DNA of 64,000 bases from Eledone cirrhosa (lineage: Eukaryota). Shown here in pieces: positions 40,701 through 53,900 of the stretch. Where the stretch lies: positions 148,924,001-148,988,000 of the forward strand of contig OZ024742.1 in assembly GCA_964016885.1 (NCBI GenBank). Direction: 5' to 3'. A program made the translations under genes and the position numbers. The stretch's first letter is position 1; each line of letters opens with the position of its first letter. Under the pieces are notes generated by a model, which was not told where the DNA came from, did not search any database, and saw only the letters and a program-made list of their open reading frames with translations.

Positions 40701-43700
40701 TTCCACGCTTGCATGGGTTTGGACGGGGGTTTTCCCACTTGAGGCAAGAGTGGTTGTCTTGCTCGCATAGGACTGTCTGGCGGGTTTTCTACAGCTGGAT
40801 GCCCTTCCTAACACCAACCACATTTACAGTGTGGGGCTGGGAGGTTTTTACCGTGTTGCCTACACGGCCACATTTACAGCGTGAACTGTGTGTTTTTTTG
40901 TCGTGACACCTACACGATCTCATTTGTTTCGGCCTGGATGTTGTGGCACCGACATAACTTTACATTGAAAGGGGCGGTGTGGATGGGGTGGAGGTGGTGG
41001 GACGGGGGTGTGTTTTGATAGAGATGCCTACTGACTGTAGTAGGTTTTTACTTTGTATTTAGGTAAGGCGGGTCTTCTCTATTACTGAGTACCGCCAAAG
41101 GTCTCGGTCCAGTGACATTGTCTTGGAGAGGTGTAAGCGTGTGAGGTCGGAATTTATCATGTCGTCCCAGGTTTTTCTGGGTCTGCCTACTCCGTGGCTA
41201 CCGTCTATCTTTATTGCCCTGCACTTTGTTATACAGCTGTCGTCTTTCATGCGCATCACGTGACCGTACCAACGTAGCCTTCTCTCGAGTAAACAACATC
41301 TGATCCCTCTTATTTCTAATTTTTTCCTTAGTTCGTTTATGCTTTGCCGTTCACGTATATTACTATTGCACATCCAGCGGAGCATGCAAGCTTCGTTCCT
41401 CTCTAGTCTGCGTATATCCTCTGCACACAATGCCCAGGTCTCACTGCCATGCAGCATTGCTGTTCGTATGCAGGCATCGTATAACCTGCCTTTCATTTTT
41501 AGGGAGAACCCTTTAGCAGCTAATAGTGGTATAAGCTCTCTGAACTTTTTTTTTGTATAGTACATAGGGTAATGTACAAACGTCAGGAAATGAACAGTCA
41601 TGATATACACATGTATGCATCTGTATGGAAGGTGTACATCAGGTGTAGTTTTGGCGCATTTCGGGAAGCATGAGGGTTTTAAAGGATGCAGTGTCTCGGC
41701 AGCTAACAACTGACGCAGGCAGTTTGTTCCATGCTTCAACAACTCTAAGCGTGAAAAAATGTTTCCGAAAGTCATGGGAGCTGTGCTGTTTTCTGATTTT
41801 GTAGGCATGTCCACGTGTGTTAGACACATGGAGATCAAAAAGGTGCTCAGGGTTGTTGTTGGCGAGATGGTTAATAACTTTGTGGGTGTGTACCAAGTAC
41901 ATTGCCAGACGTCTGAGCTTCAATGAATCCATGCCCAGGGGAGCAAGGCGTTCAGAGTATGGTAGGTGTCTGATGGAGGGTATTCGCTTGGTTCCACGTC
42001 TCTGAACAGTTTCCAGGAGGTCAATGTTCTGAGCAAGATAGGGGTTCCAGACTGATGATGCGAATTACAAGTGTGGTCGTACCATACATATGATTGATAC
42101 AGAGATGGATAAAAAAATATGTTTTGAAAGAAGTGCCCCAGCGTGGCCCTTTTTAACATAAGCGATTGAAAACAAATTCCCACACATACACAATTGAAAC
42201 TATCTCATCTAATGGACGGGAGAGAACTCCAAGTCCTAAGGTTTGTTGTTGATGAAATATTGTGTTTATATTAGGATATAGATGTTGATAGCCTCTTAAT
42301 TAATAGCTGTAAGTAAATAAATTGGTTCTAAATGCGCGAATGATGGACCGAAGTGTGCATGCGCGAAGGCTGGACCGAAGTGTGCATGCGCGAAGGCTGG
42401 ACCGAAGTGTGCATGCGCGAAGGCTGGACCGAAGTGCTCATGCGCGATGGCCGGACGGAAGTGCGTATGCGCGAAGGCTGGACCGAAGTGACCCAGAGTG
42501 GCCGTTTTTAACATAAGCGATTGAAAACAAATTCCCACACATACACAATTGAATTTATCTCATGTAATGAAAGGGTTAGAACTCCAAGTCCTAAGGCGTG
42601 TTGTTGACAAAATAATTGTTTCTACTTTTGGCACAAGGCCAGCAAATATTTCAGTGTATTACTGGTACTTTATTTTATCGACTCGGTAAGGATGAAAGGC
42701 AAAGTTAACCTCGGCGGGATTTGAACTCAGGCCATAAAGGGCGTCCAACCCTCTACCGATACTACCAATCCACAAATAATATCAATTTGTTTATATTAGG
42801 ATATAGATGTTGATAGCCACTTATTTAAATAGATGTAAGTAAATAGTTGTTTTTAAGTGCGCATGCGCGATGGCCGGCCCGAAGTGCGCATATCCGAAGG
42901 CTGGACGAACTGCGCATGCGCGATAACTGGACGGAAGTGCACATGTGCGAAGGCTGTACAGAGTGCGCATGCATGAAGGCTGGACCTTAGTGCCCCAGCG
43001 TGTCCGTTTTTAACATAAGCGATTAAAAACAAATTGCCACACATACACAATTGAAAGGGAGAGAACTCCATGTCTTAAGGCTTGTTGACGAAATATCTTT
43101 TGTTTATATTAAGATATAGATGTTCATAGCCTCTTAAATAGATGTAAATAAATAAATATTTCTAAGTGCGCATGCGCGAATTCTGGTCCGAAGTGTGCAT
43201 GCGCGAATTCTGGTCCGAAGTGCGCATGCGCGAGGGCTGGATCGAAGTGAGCGTGTGCGAAGGGTGATCCTCTTGTATTTCCTTTTACCCAAAGCCAAGA
43301 ACATTTCAGCTCCCACCATATGTATTATATAGTTGAATACATACATATATATATTGAAACATCACAGATACTAGGATAGGGATATAAAAATCCTTCTGTT
43401 TTACTGTCTTGCTCATACTTTCCATTTTAGCATGGTTTTCGCGGCTGAATGCGCTTTTTACCTATTTACCTATTATGTTACCTATTCTAACCTTAAGCGT
43501 GCTCGTAATTTTTGTGAGTTGTTTCCCGTGATAATGCATTATCTAGTAAGGGGAGATTACTCTGTGATGCCATATGCTGCTGACAGCGTGTTAAAAGCTA
43601 AACTGGATATGACATAAAAGATGATATAACCAAGAGACTGTGGCAGAAGAAATGTTTGATAAACTTACGAGATGATGACACAGTCCAAATGTTCGGTAAG

Positions 43701-46700
43701 GGTTCCATTCCTGGTGATGTATGTAAGCTCTGGGAAACGATGGTTCAGTGTGCTTATAATCGTGAGATTGTGGGTTTGGTTTCTGAACCAGGAAATGTGT
43801 TGTGTCCTTGAACAAGACACTTTATTTTACATTGCTCCAGTTCACTCAGCTATAGAAATGAGTTGCGGTGTCATTGGTACCAAGTTGTATCGGCCTTTAC
43901 CTTTACATTGGACAACATCGGTGGAGGGGAGAGAGGAAACTTGTATGCAACGTGAACTGCTGGTTTTCCACAAACAAAACTTGCCCTGACTTGTGCCTTG
44001 TAGGGGAAACTTTCTAGTTGCAAATCTCATGGTCATTCATGACCGAAGAGAGTCTTTACTTTATATATATATGTAACATCATTGTCATTTTAATGTTTGC
44101 TTTCCTTGCTAGCCAGAAGTGGACAAGTCTACAGAGACCAAGTCAGTACTGAAGCGAGGGATCTGCAACTCACTTATGTATGGTCTCACATTCTATCAAG
44201 CGTACAGGAGAGGATGTCATGTTTATGACGCAACTGAGGGTCCTCCCACCCCTTTGTTTGGCAAGCTTTCTACAGCTGGATGTCCTTTCTATCACCAACC
44301 ACCTTACAGTGTCTACTGGGTGCATTTATTGTATAGATCACCAACACTAATGTGGCAGTCCTTGACATGACTGGGGTTCTCCCAGGCCTTTGTTTCACAA
44401 GTTTTCTATGACTTGATGCCCTTCCTATCACCAATCACCTTACAGCATGTACTAGGTGTGTTTATTGTGTAGATCACCAAACTCTAGGAAGACTGTCAAG
44501 TCTTTGGCACAACTTAAGGATTCTCTCAACCCTTTATATATATATATATAAAGGCCGGTTATATGATGCCTGTGTGAGATGCGCGATGTTGCATGGTAGT
44601 GAGACATTGGCAGCAACTGCGGAGGATATGCGATGGCTGGAAAGAAACGAAGCAAGCCTACTCCATTGGATGTGCAATGTCAATGTGCGTGAACGACCAA
44701 GCATAGATGAGTTGAGAGAGAAACTGTATAAGAGGGATTAGCTGTAGTGTACAGGAGAGAAGACTGCATTGGTATGGACATGTGATGTACATGGAAGATG
44801 ACCTCTGTGTAAAAAAGGTGCCAAGAAATCCCAGTAGAAGGAAGACCATGAAAAACATGAGGAGGGGGTGAGAGCTGATCTCAGATCACTGATGCTCATG
44901 GAGGAGATGACAAAAGGACCGTGATGAATGGAGAGATGCTGTACTGAATAGGACCCGTCCAACCCTTGCAAGCAGGGAAAAGCAGGCGTAAAATGATGAT
45001 GATATATATATATATATATATATAAAGATAAAAAATATTATTGAATGTTATAAAAGCATATAAGAAGGATAAGAATAATAGAGATTAGTAAAAGTAATTA
45101 GAAAAGAAATCTAATTTGGTTGAAAATCTAGAGTATAAGTTAAGGAACATAAGGTTACTTGGGTAAATAAAAGGTAAATTAACTCTTAAACTCCTGTACC
45201 ACATGAAACCACGTTTGCAAGACATTCTTGAAAATTACAAAACATCACTGACTGTATCACATAAAATTTTCACAACAATCTGTTCATAAGTAAAGATACT
45301 ATAAACATTTAAATTAAAAAATCTATGTTTTAAATGTTTTCTGCTAAATCATTACAGAATGTTAAGAGTTAATCTAATTATCTCATATAATGGTCTGTAT
45401 TTGGGTTTATGCCTAAATCGGAAACCATTATAATGCTCTGTATAGATTAACATTTGGATTAGGAGATAAGAATACTATAAAATGCAAGAGTAGAGAAATA
45501 TGAAAGAAGACTAATCTAATCTAATTCTAATAGTATTTATCTAATAGTATTTATTTAGCTTCTTCTGTACATATATAATAATCTTGTCTCAATGGTTAAG
45601 AACGTTTTACAATTTTCTACTCTAAATCATGGGATGTGCTGCTTTATTTTTATTTTCAGATAGACCAATAATGGAATTTAGTTTTCCCTATTTGGATTGT
45701 GAAAATGCGAGTAATCCTCTCATGCCAGTCGTAGCTTCAGTAACTGTTCTCATCTTAACTGTACTCTCCCTTCTCTATCTGAGATCGCCCATCATCTATC
45801 CCCTTCTCTCACAACACCCCTTCAATTGCCACCACACATCACAAAATTTAAACCCCACCACACTTGTCATACACCCATGACATAATACAGGTCATCTTCC
45901 CTTACATCTTCCCACCTATTGTTAGAAAATTACCCAGTACGCTCTGTAAAGTGGTCAGAGTTAGGAAAGGCATCCAGCTATAGAACACTAGTCTAACAAA
46001 AGGTCAAAATGTCCCTTCAGTCACGGCTCGACAACCTCTCGTGCTGGTACCATGAAAAATGCACCTAGTTCATACTGTAATGTGGTTGATGATTGGAAGG
46101 ACATCCAGCTATAGAAACCATTCCAAAAAAGGGTTGAAAGAATTCTTATGTTGTGTCAAGGGAATGGCAACGTCTCTAGTGTTGGTACATTCTGTAAAGT
46201 AGTTGATGATAGGAAGGGCATTCAACTATAGAAAATTTGCCAAACAAAAGGCCGAAAGGACTCTTCAGTTGTGTCCAAAAACATGATAATCTCCCTAGTG
46301 CTGGTGCCATGATAAAAATTAATCCAGTACACTATAGAGTGCAAAAACATGTGAGATGCAGTCCCTAGCCTGTCTGAGAGATCAGTGTCACTGACTAGAT
46401 GATGATTTTATATATACCATTTTATATATACCACTTGATTTCATGTAAAATCGAGCCCCTATTTTTGGCCAAAAAATCTAGAATTTTCCATAGACCTCAT
46501 ATAAAAGTCAACCCTAGTATTTCATGGATAATAGGTCAACATTTATGGGTCAAGGCATCATCCTGTATGTAGAAATAACACTGTTACAAAATCGTCATGA
46601 ATTTAAGGCAAATTTATATTATTGCAAATACATGTCTGAAATTAAAAACTTACCCAAAAGTGTAGCCTGCCCTAAAGCTGGAATGCTTGTTGCTTATTGC

Positions 46701-47885
46701 AGAATGTTTGGTGCTTATAGTAAAATGCATTACATATCTGTTGATGGGTGTGACTTTAACCATGAATATGAAAATAATGTGATTGGAGAGTTGTGAAGCA
46801 AAACATGCCAAGCAGTGTACATCATATTGAGTTTATGCCTACTCCCTTTCTACATATTGAGCAGGGTTCTATCTTCTCTACTACTCACTAGCATTTTAGT
46901 TTTGACTAAGTTTTCTCTTAGGTCTTTTGATTCTAAATTCTGTTTCCATAGTTGGAACTTATTTTCTAGGCCTTTAATGGATTTGGCTATATTATATATA
47001 CTAGCAGAAAAACGACCCTTTGGCTGGTTTTCTGCTGCCGTGTGTCGTGTGTATATTGATATTATACACAAATATATATGCATGTAGATATGATACATCA
47101 AATAAAATCGTAATTGACAATATACACAGAAATTGAACGAAGTCTATGTTTCACTGTCTTATGTAATTAGTAAAGTAATCCATGCTACATTTAAAAAAAG
47201 ACGATATTATATATAAACTGCATTAGGAGAAAATTAGCAACGGAAATATATGCAATATTTTTTATAAGTGTTGTAATATAACGGCCGTTAACCGGAAGTG
47301 TTGACATTTGAAAATTTTAAAGAAGTGAATCTTTAAATAAGCCATAAAATATATTTAATCAACAGACACAAAATTTAGCACATAGATTATGTAATATTCA
47401 TTCATTATTGTGGATTGGCAGTATCGGTAGAGGGTCGGACGCCATGCTTTGACGCATAGTTACGGCCCTTGCCATTCTGAGTTCAAATCCCGCCGAGGTT
47501 AACTTTGCCTTTCATCCTTACGAGGTCGATAAAATAAAGTACCAGTAATGCACTGGATAATTGCTGGCCTTGTGCCTAAAGTAGAAACAATTATTTATTC
47601 AGCATAGTTACGTCCCTTTACGGTCTGAGTTCAAATCCCGCCGAGGTTCACTTTGCCTTTCATCCTTACGGGGTCGATAAAATAAAGTACCAGTAATGTA
47701 CTAGGTAATTGCTGGCCTTGTGCCAAAAGTAGAAACAATTATTTATTCAAAGTAATCCAACTTATTTTACAAACAGGGTAAAAAAATATATTCTGAACGC
47801 AGTCCCTTACTCCTTTCTTTATTATAGTTAAGATATATATATATATATATAATATATAATACCTATATATATAGATAAAAAATAA

Positions 47886-47919
<34 letters not shown>

Positions 47920-50900
47920 TATATTATCTTGCTATTTCAGTGATCTGAAGAAAAGTGGACGTGATAAATCCGAGTCCTCTGTAAAGTTGACAGATAACAA
48001 AACTGTATCAGAAACTGTACAGTCATCTGACCTACAATCAGATAATAGCACTGATAAAAAGGAAAAAAACCCTTCAAAAGAAACAGATGTTGAGTCCACA
48101 TTGCTTAGGGAGACTTCCTCTCCAGACATTGCAGAAAACAATCAGTGTTCTCCAGGGAATTCAGAGAATATCAACAAAGAAGAGAGAACTATGGAATCTG
48201 AGAGCAACATATCTTTACCTGGTGGATCATCACCATTGACTGAAGGTTTGGAAACTGCAGCTGACAAATCTACAGAAGGTGGTGCTGCTAGCATTACTGA
48301 CAAAAATGACACTAACACTACAAACCATGCCAATTCTGTTAGTAGTAATAGTAATAGTAGTAATAGTAGTTGTAGTAGTAGTTGTAACAACAGTAATACT
48401 GAATCTGTAGCGTCCACACCAAACATATCTGATTTGACCATAGAAATGTGTAAAAAGAAATTCAAAGCTCGGATGCACAGGGATGATACTGTGTCCAACA
48501 AACAAGAAGATCAAACCACATCTGAATTGAACACTGAAGAAACTATTTCCACCAGCATAGCTAACAATAAGGAAGGATCAATAGCTTCAGATTCTGAGCA
48601 GAGTAATATTGATATAGATGAGGTTGATCGAGAACTTGAACTGGCATTAGAGAGAAAAGTGGTAGGTTGTGAATTGCTTTCAATTTTTTTCTTTTTCCAC
48701 CTCTAAACACTTGAGTTGTTCAGACTCTACTGAGGCATACTTCTTACCTCTCTTTAAAACATTTTTTATGTTAACCTGCCCGGACCATCCATAGGTCTGT
48801 GATGAAAAGATGTTTGTCTTAAAGTGTTAATGTCTAAATTCAACTTTTCCATTACAATTTTTTATAAGAGCCATTTCTTAAGTTATTCTCCAAACACCAA
48901 CTTAATGAGAAAGTTAGTTATATTACTAAATCCCTCCAAAGTTTTGATTATTTTTTAAATCAATTGAAAACGATAGGTAGTACATTTCATAAGAATTATG
49001 GTAATGAAAGGATTAAAAAGAATTTCCATAAATGACACTTCTTTCAATTGTTGTTGCTATCAAATAGAGGCATAGTTTCTTTTGTCGAAACTGGTGGCCA
49101 TTTCTTATTTTGTATCGACCCCTAGTATTTAAGGGTTGATATGATCTAAAAGTATTAAGATAACTGCAAGTTCTGTGGCTAGTCTGAGTTGGTTTTATTT
49201 TCAGTTATTTTATGTAATTTTTATTGTTGATAAAACTTTCACTTTGCTGGAGATTGGATCTTTGGTTCCAAATGTACCACTTTCAATGGAATGTGAAGAA
49301 GACATTGTGAGTAAGAGATATCAACTGCCTTAACTATGTATGGACATTCAGTTGGGTATTGAAGCCACATGGCAAACCTAGCCTCTTGAGAGCCTATCAA
49401 CATTGTATATTGCAAGAACTAAGATTGAGAAAGCCATGAAGATCTCTTATCTTATTTTATGTAAAAATAATTAATATTTATATATCAAAGAAAGTAGATA
49501 ATAGTAGAGTGCTGGATAAAATCAATTTTGCATTTACATTCTAAGTCCAAATCCCACCGAGGTGACTTCACTATTCTCCTCCCTCCAAATTGTATTCCTT
49601 GTGCCTAAATTAAAAAATACATTTATTCTCCAAAATCCCACCAGGCCTTTTCATTTCTCCAGAACAGAATAAGTATCAATAATATACAAGGATTAATTCA
49701 ATCAACAGAATGCAAGAAATATTTATTTTGTCAGAAAATTTCATTAAAATGTTAGGAATAAAATTTGCAGTCATTTTCCCTTTTGCTCAACATTTGATAA
49801 ATAGACATTTATATATTGGCATTAAAGTAGATCACATTGACCCCAGAAGTCAATTTTTAAAGTGCCAGATGAAATTTTTTGTGTCAGATCTGAGTCAAAT
49901 TTTGCCTCCTGTCACTAGAAAAGTAGTGACACTTTTACCAGGGTTTGTGGCCTACAGATATCATCACTGGACACATAGTTTCCTTAGTCTAATGTGAAGA
50001 TTAGCCTTTTCTTTTCTATATCAACTTAGAGTATATACACAAATGTATGTATTCAAATAACTCTTTATTTAAACAATTTTGATTAAATATACAATCAAAT
50101 TTTGTTTAAATAAGTCTGTTTATTTTTCATAATTTCTTATTATTTTTACCTAGAATGAGTTGAGACGCTTGGAAGAAGAAGAAAAACAATGTGAGGTGCC
50201 TGATCGACACCATATGAAAAGGAAACACAAAGAAACAGAGAGTGGAAGTATAGCTACTAGGAACAGCTCTGATGAAGAGTGTTGTGTGTCAAAACCTCCA
50301 AAAAAAAGCAAATCTCATAAACATGCATCAAAAAGAACAAAAGAAAAGAAAGGTAGGTGATATTTTATTTATTATCATCATTTTACAGCCACTTCCTATG
50401 TTGGCATGAGCTGCACTAAAATACAAAGAGCCCATAACTACTGAGACTCCTAGGGGCTCCATCCTGACACATAGCATGTCTTGAGCATTTCAAACATGTC
50501 GGAGTTTATCCCTCTCTTTCCAGAAAGAGAAACAGATAGAGACAGGAAGAATCACCTCTAGTATTGAACTGGTACTTTCTTTATTGAAAGGATAAAAGGC
50601 AAAGTTGACTTCAACAGGATTTGAAATCAGAGTGTAGTGAGCTGGAACCAATACCATGGCATTTTTAGTTCGACATCCTAATGAATCTACCAATTTGCCA
50701 CCTTTGAGTTGGACTAAATTTATTAAAAAGCATTTTCTGGATTTTATAATTCTACAAGTTTAGATTTATGTTTATTCTTATAATGCCAATAACTCTGTTT
50801 TAAAGATGGATGGCTATCTAATGGTAATTGAGCTGGATTGGAGAAAGAAATGTGTTTGTGTATAGAAGCACTGAGACACTAAAAGTAAACATGGTGAGAG

Positions 50901-53900
50901 AGAGGACTCTTCCATCTAGCCAAGAATATAACACCCTCTTTAGTGCTGCTTCCACTATAAAATGCACCCTGTAAAGTGATGGTGCCATGATTAAATGCAC
51001 CCAATCCACTCTATAATGCTGTTTTGTGCCTGTTCCATGAAAACACACATAGATACTCTCAACACACACATACACATATTACTTTAAAACTCCATTTTTA
51101 GTGCTATTCAATTTCTTCACTACAGAAAGCTCCAGTTCTAAAAGGTCAGAAAGCAGTAGCAAGAAACGTTCTTCCCACAAGGATCATCAGTCAAAAAAAG
51201 AATCCCGTTCCAAGTCAAGCAGAAGTCAGTGATCATTTAGTTATTTATTTATCTATTGTATTATTCTGTTATTGTTTCAGCAATGTTCATAGAACCATGG
51301 GTGTGGCTGATTCTGCTAAAATTGTATACTGGATTTTAAAATAAGTACATCATATCCCTGTGTGTTGTAAGAAGCAACTAAAAGGGTTGGTATCAGGAAG
51401 GGCATCCCACTGTAAAACATTCTCAAAGCATCCTGCCCTATCCATGCTAGCATGGAAATGTGAGCATAGAATGCATCCAGATGCACAAAACTTTTGAAGC
51501 AGTTGTTCTTTAATTGGATGTATTTAGTAATACTACAATGTTTTCAATTAAATGAAGCAATATGCTTTGCTCAAAAATGTAATGCAACACTTGTGACATA
51601 GCTTGAGCTCGTAATTTCATGTGCAAATATTCTGTCTAGCATTAGTGAATTGGTATAGTTGTTAGTGTCAGATCATTTAGGCAGAAAAATTGTCTTAAAT
51701 TTTCTTAATATTTTCCACATCACTAACTTTTGGTTTTTATTGCAGGTTTAAATTGCAAGAGTCACATGGAAGAACCTTCAAAAAGCCAGGAAAGTGATGA
51801 AAAGCTAAAGGTAAAATTTCAACAAGCAATTAATTCAATGATAGAATGCTAAGTTGGCTGAGATGAGATCATGCTATACTTTGAATTTATAAATTAGTTA
51901 AGAGGATGTTGTAGTGAGCTCTAGTTTGTATGACGCATTTTGTGAATTGTAGAAATAATGTGCTTTGTTAGGCTACAGCAATGCAAATGGAACATTAAAT
52001 GTTAAAAATAATGGTTTCTGATTTTGGTACAAGGCCATCAATTTTGGGGGAGGGGTAAATCGACTCCTGTGTGTACTTTGTTTTATTGATCCCGTAAGAA
52101 TGAAAGGCAAAGCTAACCTTAGTGGAATTTGAACTCAGAGTGTAAAGGACTAAAAGTATATGCTTGCAAAGCATGTTGTCCAATGCTCTGCCAATACACC
52201 ACACTTAAATGTTAAAAGTAATGATAACAAAGATGTTGGAATGTTGACTTGGAGTTGTTTAATAATCCTTAATATGGATTCATTCTTGTTTAGTCCCAAA
52301 CTTGTCCTAATCAAGCTGGCTTAAGATAAAAAATATTCCATGTGACTCTCCCATTTTTTTAGTAGTATATTTTCTCTCATTAACATACACAAAAAATTAA
52401 TTTCCTACTACAATCTGAATTGTTGTCATGTCCTTGGTTAAGAAATAATGAGACCTCACTTCCCTCTAGCTGAACACCAAATTTTTCAGAAAGTATGAGA
52501 TGTATATTGACTTGATAGTTAATACTACTCTCAAATCATATTAGAAAGGGGTGTCCAACAATTCACACAAATATTTAAACTTAAATAACTATCTAACACT
52601 TGATATAAAGCATGTAAAAACATAACAAAACAAAACAATTTTCTGAAACTATTTTCTGAATTTGTTTTCATTTTAGTAATATGTATCTTGTTTGTTTTTT
52701 TCTCAGGAAACCGTAATAGATCTAAATCAACTAGTTATGGACAAGATGGACTTTTTAGAGATTGATATCAATAAACCATCCAAGCTTCAAGTGTTGCTAG
52801 TCCAGCTAAAGGTAAATACCCGCTCAGGATTTTCAGGGACTTTTTTTTGCAACCTCTTTTTCATTTATCCTATGGTAGTATTTTATTTATTTAACCCCTT
52901 GCCACCTAACTACAACTCTTAATCATGATATTAAAATGTCAATGAAAGTCGAAGCACAAGAAAACTCGTTTATGTTTCACATTCATTGTCGAACCATAAC
53001 TACAGTCTTGCTACGAGGGGCACTTGTTTCTGATGTGAGATACTCAGTGATTGGATATATTAGGAAACTATTTTTAGTTTAAAGCATTCCTAATGCCAAC
53101 CACTTTAACCCATTCACATTTACATTATGGAGACACATGGCTTAGTGGTTAGAGCATTGGCCTTGCAATCGAAAGGTTGTGAGTTCAATTCTCAGACTGG
53201 GTGATGTGTTGTTTCCTTGAGCAAGACACTTTATTTCACATTGCTCCAGTTTACTCAGCTGTAGAAATGAGATGATAGGGACTGGGGTGCCTGATTCCAC
53301 TGCAAAGTGGTCGTGGAGGTGCCTTGGCAAAAAAGCACCCAGCCCACACCACACTGTAAAGTGGTTGTGGAGGTGTCACAGCAAATAAACACCCAGCACT
53401 CACTGTAAATGAGGTTGGTGTTAGGAAGGGCATCAAGTAGAAATCAAGCCAGAATCAGTTCCCGTCCCACCCTTGCAAGCAGGGAAAAGCGGATGTAAAA
53501 TGATGATGATGATTATATATACTATTGTAAAGGTTTTACTTCACATAATATCGAATCTATGAGATTTTGGTGTTATTTTAAGAACAGTACCTTAACATCA
53601 GTAAGAATGGCCATTTACGGCCAGTTTGAACAGAAAGAGGTAAGAGAATTCTGGCCGGATATGGTCAGTTTAAATGCTAAAGAGTGCACTAGGTGCATTT
53701 TATTTCAACTTATTTATGTCTTATGTGGTTGCTATTGCTTGATGTACACCACAACAGGTATTCTTTGGGCATCTTTAGAAGTCCTCTCTTATTCAACTTC
53801 ACAACAGTTCTTAGTTCATTTCAGCTTATTTTCATTGTATCCCAATACAACAAATAATTTGGACCTTGTTCAATGGTCTGTGACTTTAGTACTAAGCTAC

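Noticed and set aside
42330-42490. 27-bp repeats as a CRISPR array or as coding HFGPAFAHA repeats
   Set aside because: Contiguous units with no unique spacers, eukaryotic intron, no cas genes; the ORFs are incidental.
47408-47500. Box A/box B sequences as tRNA genes
   Set aside because: No cloverleaf; they are SINE heads followed by SINE core and tail.
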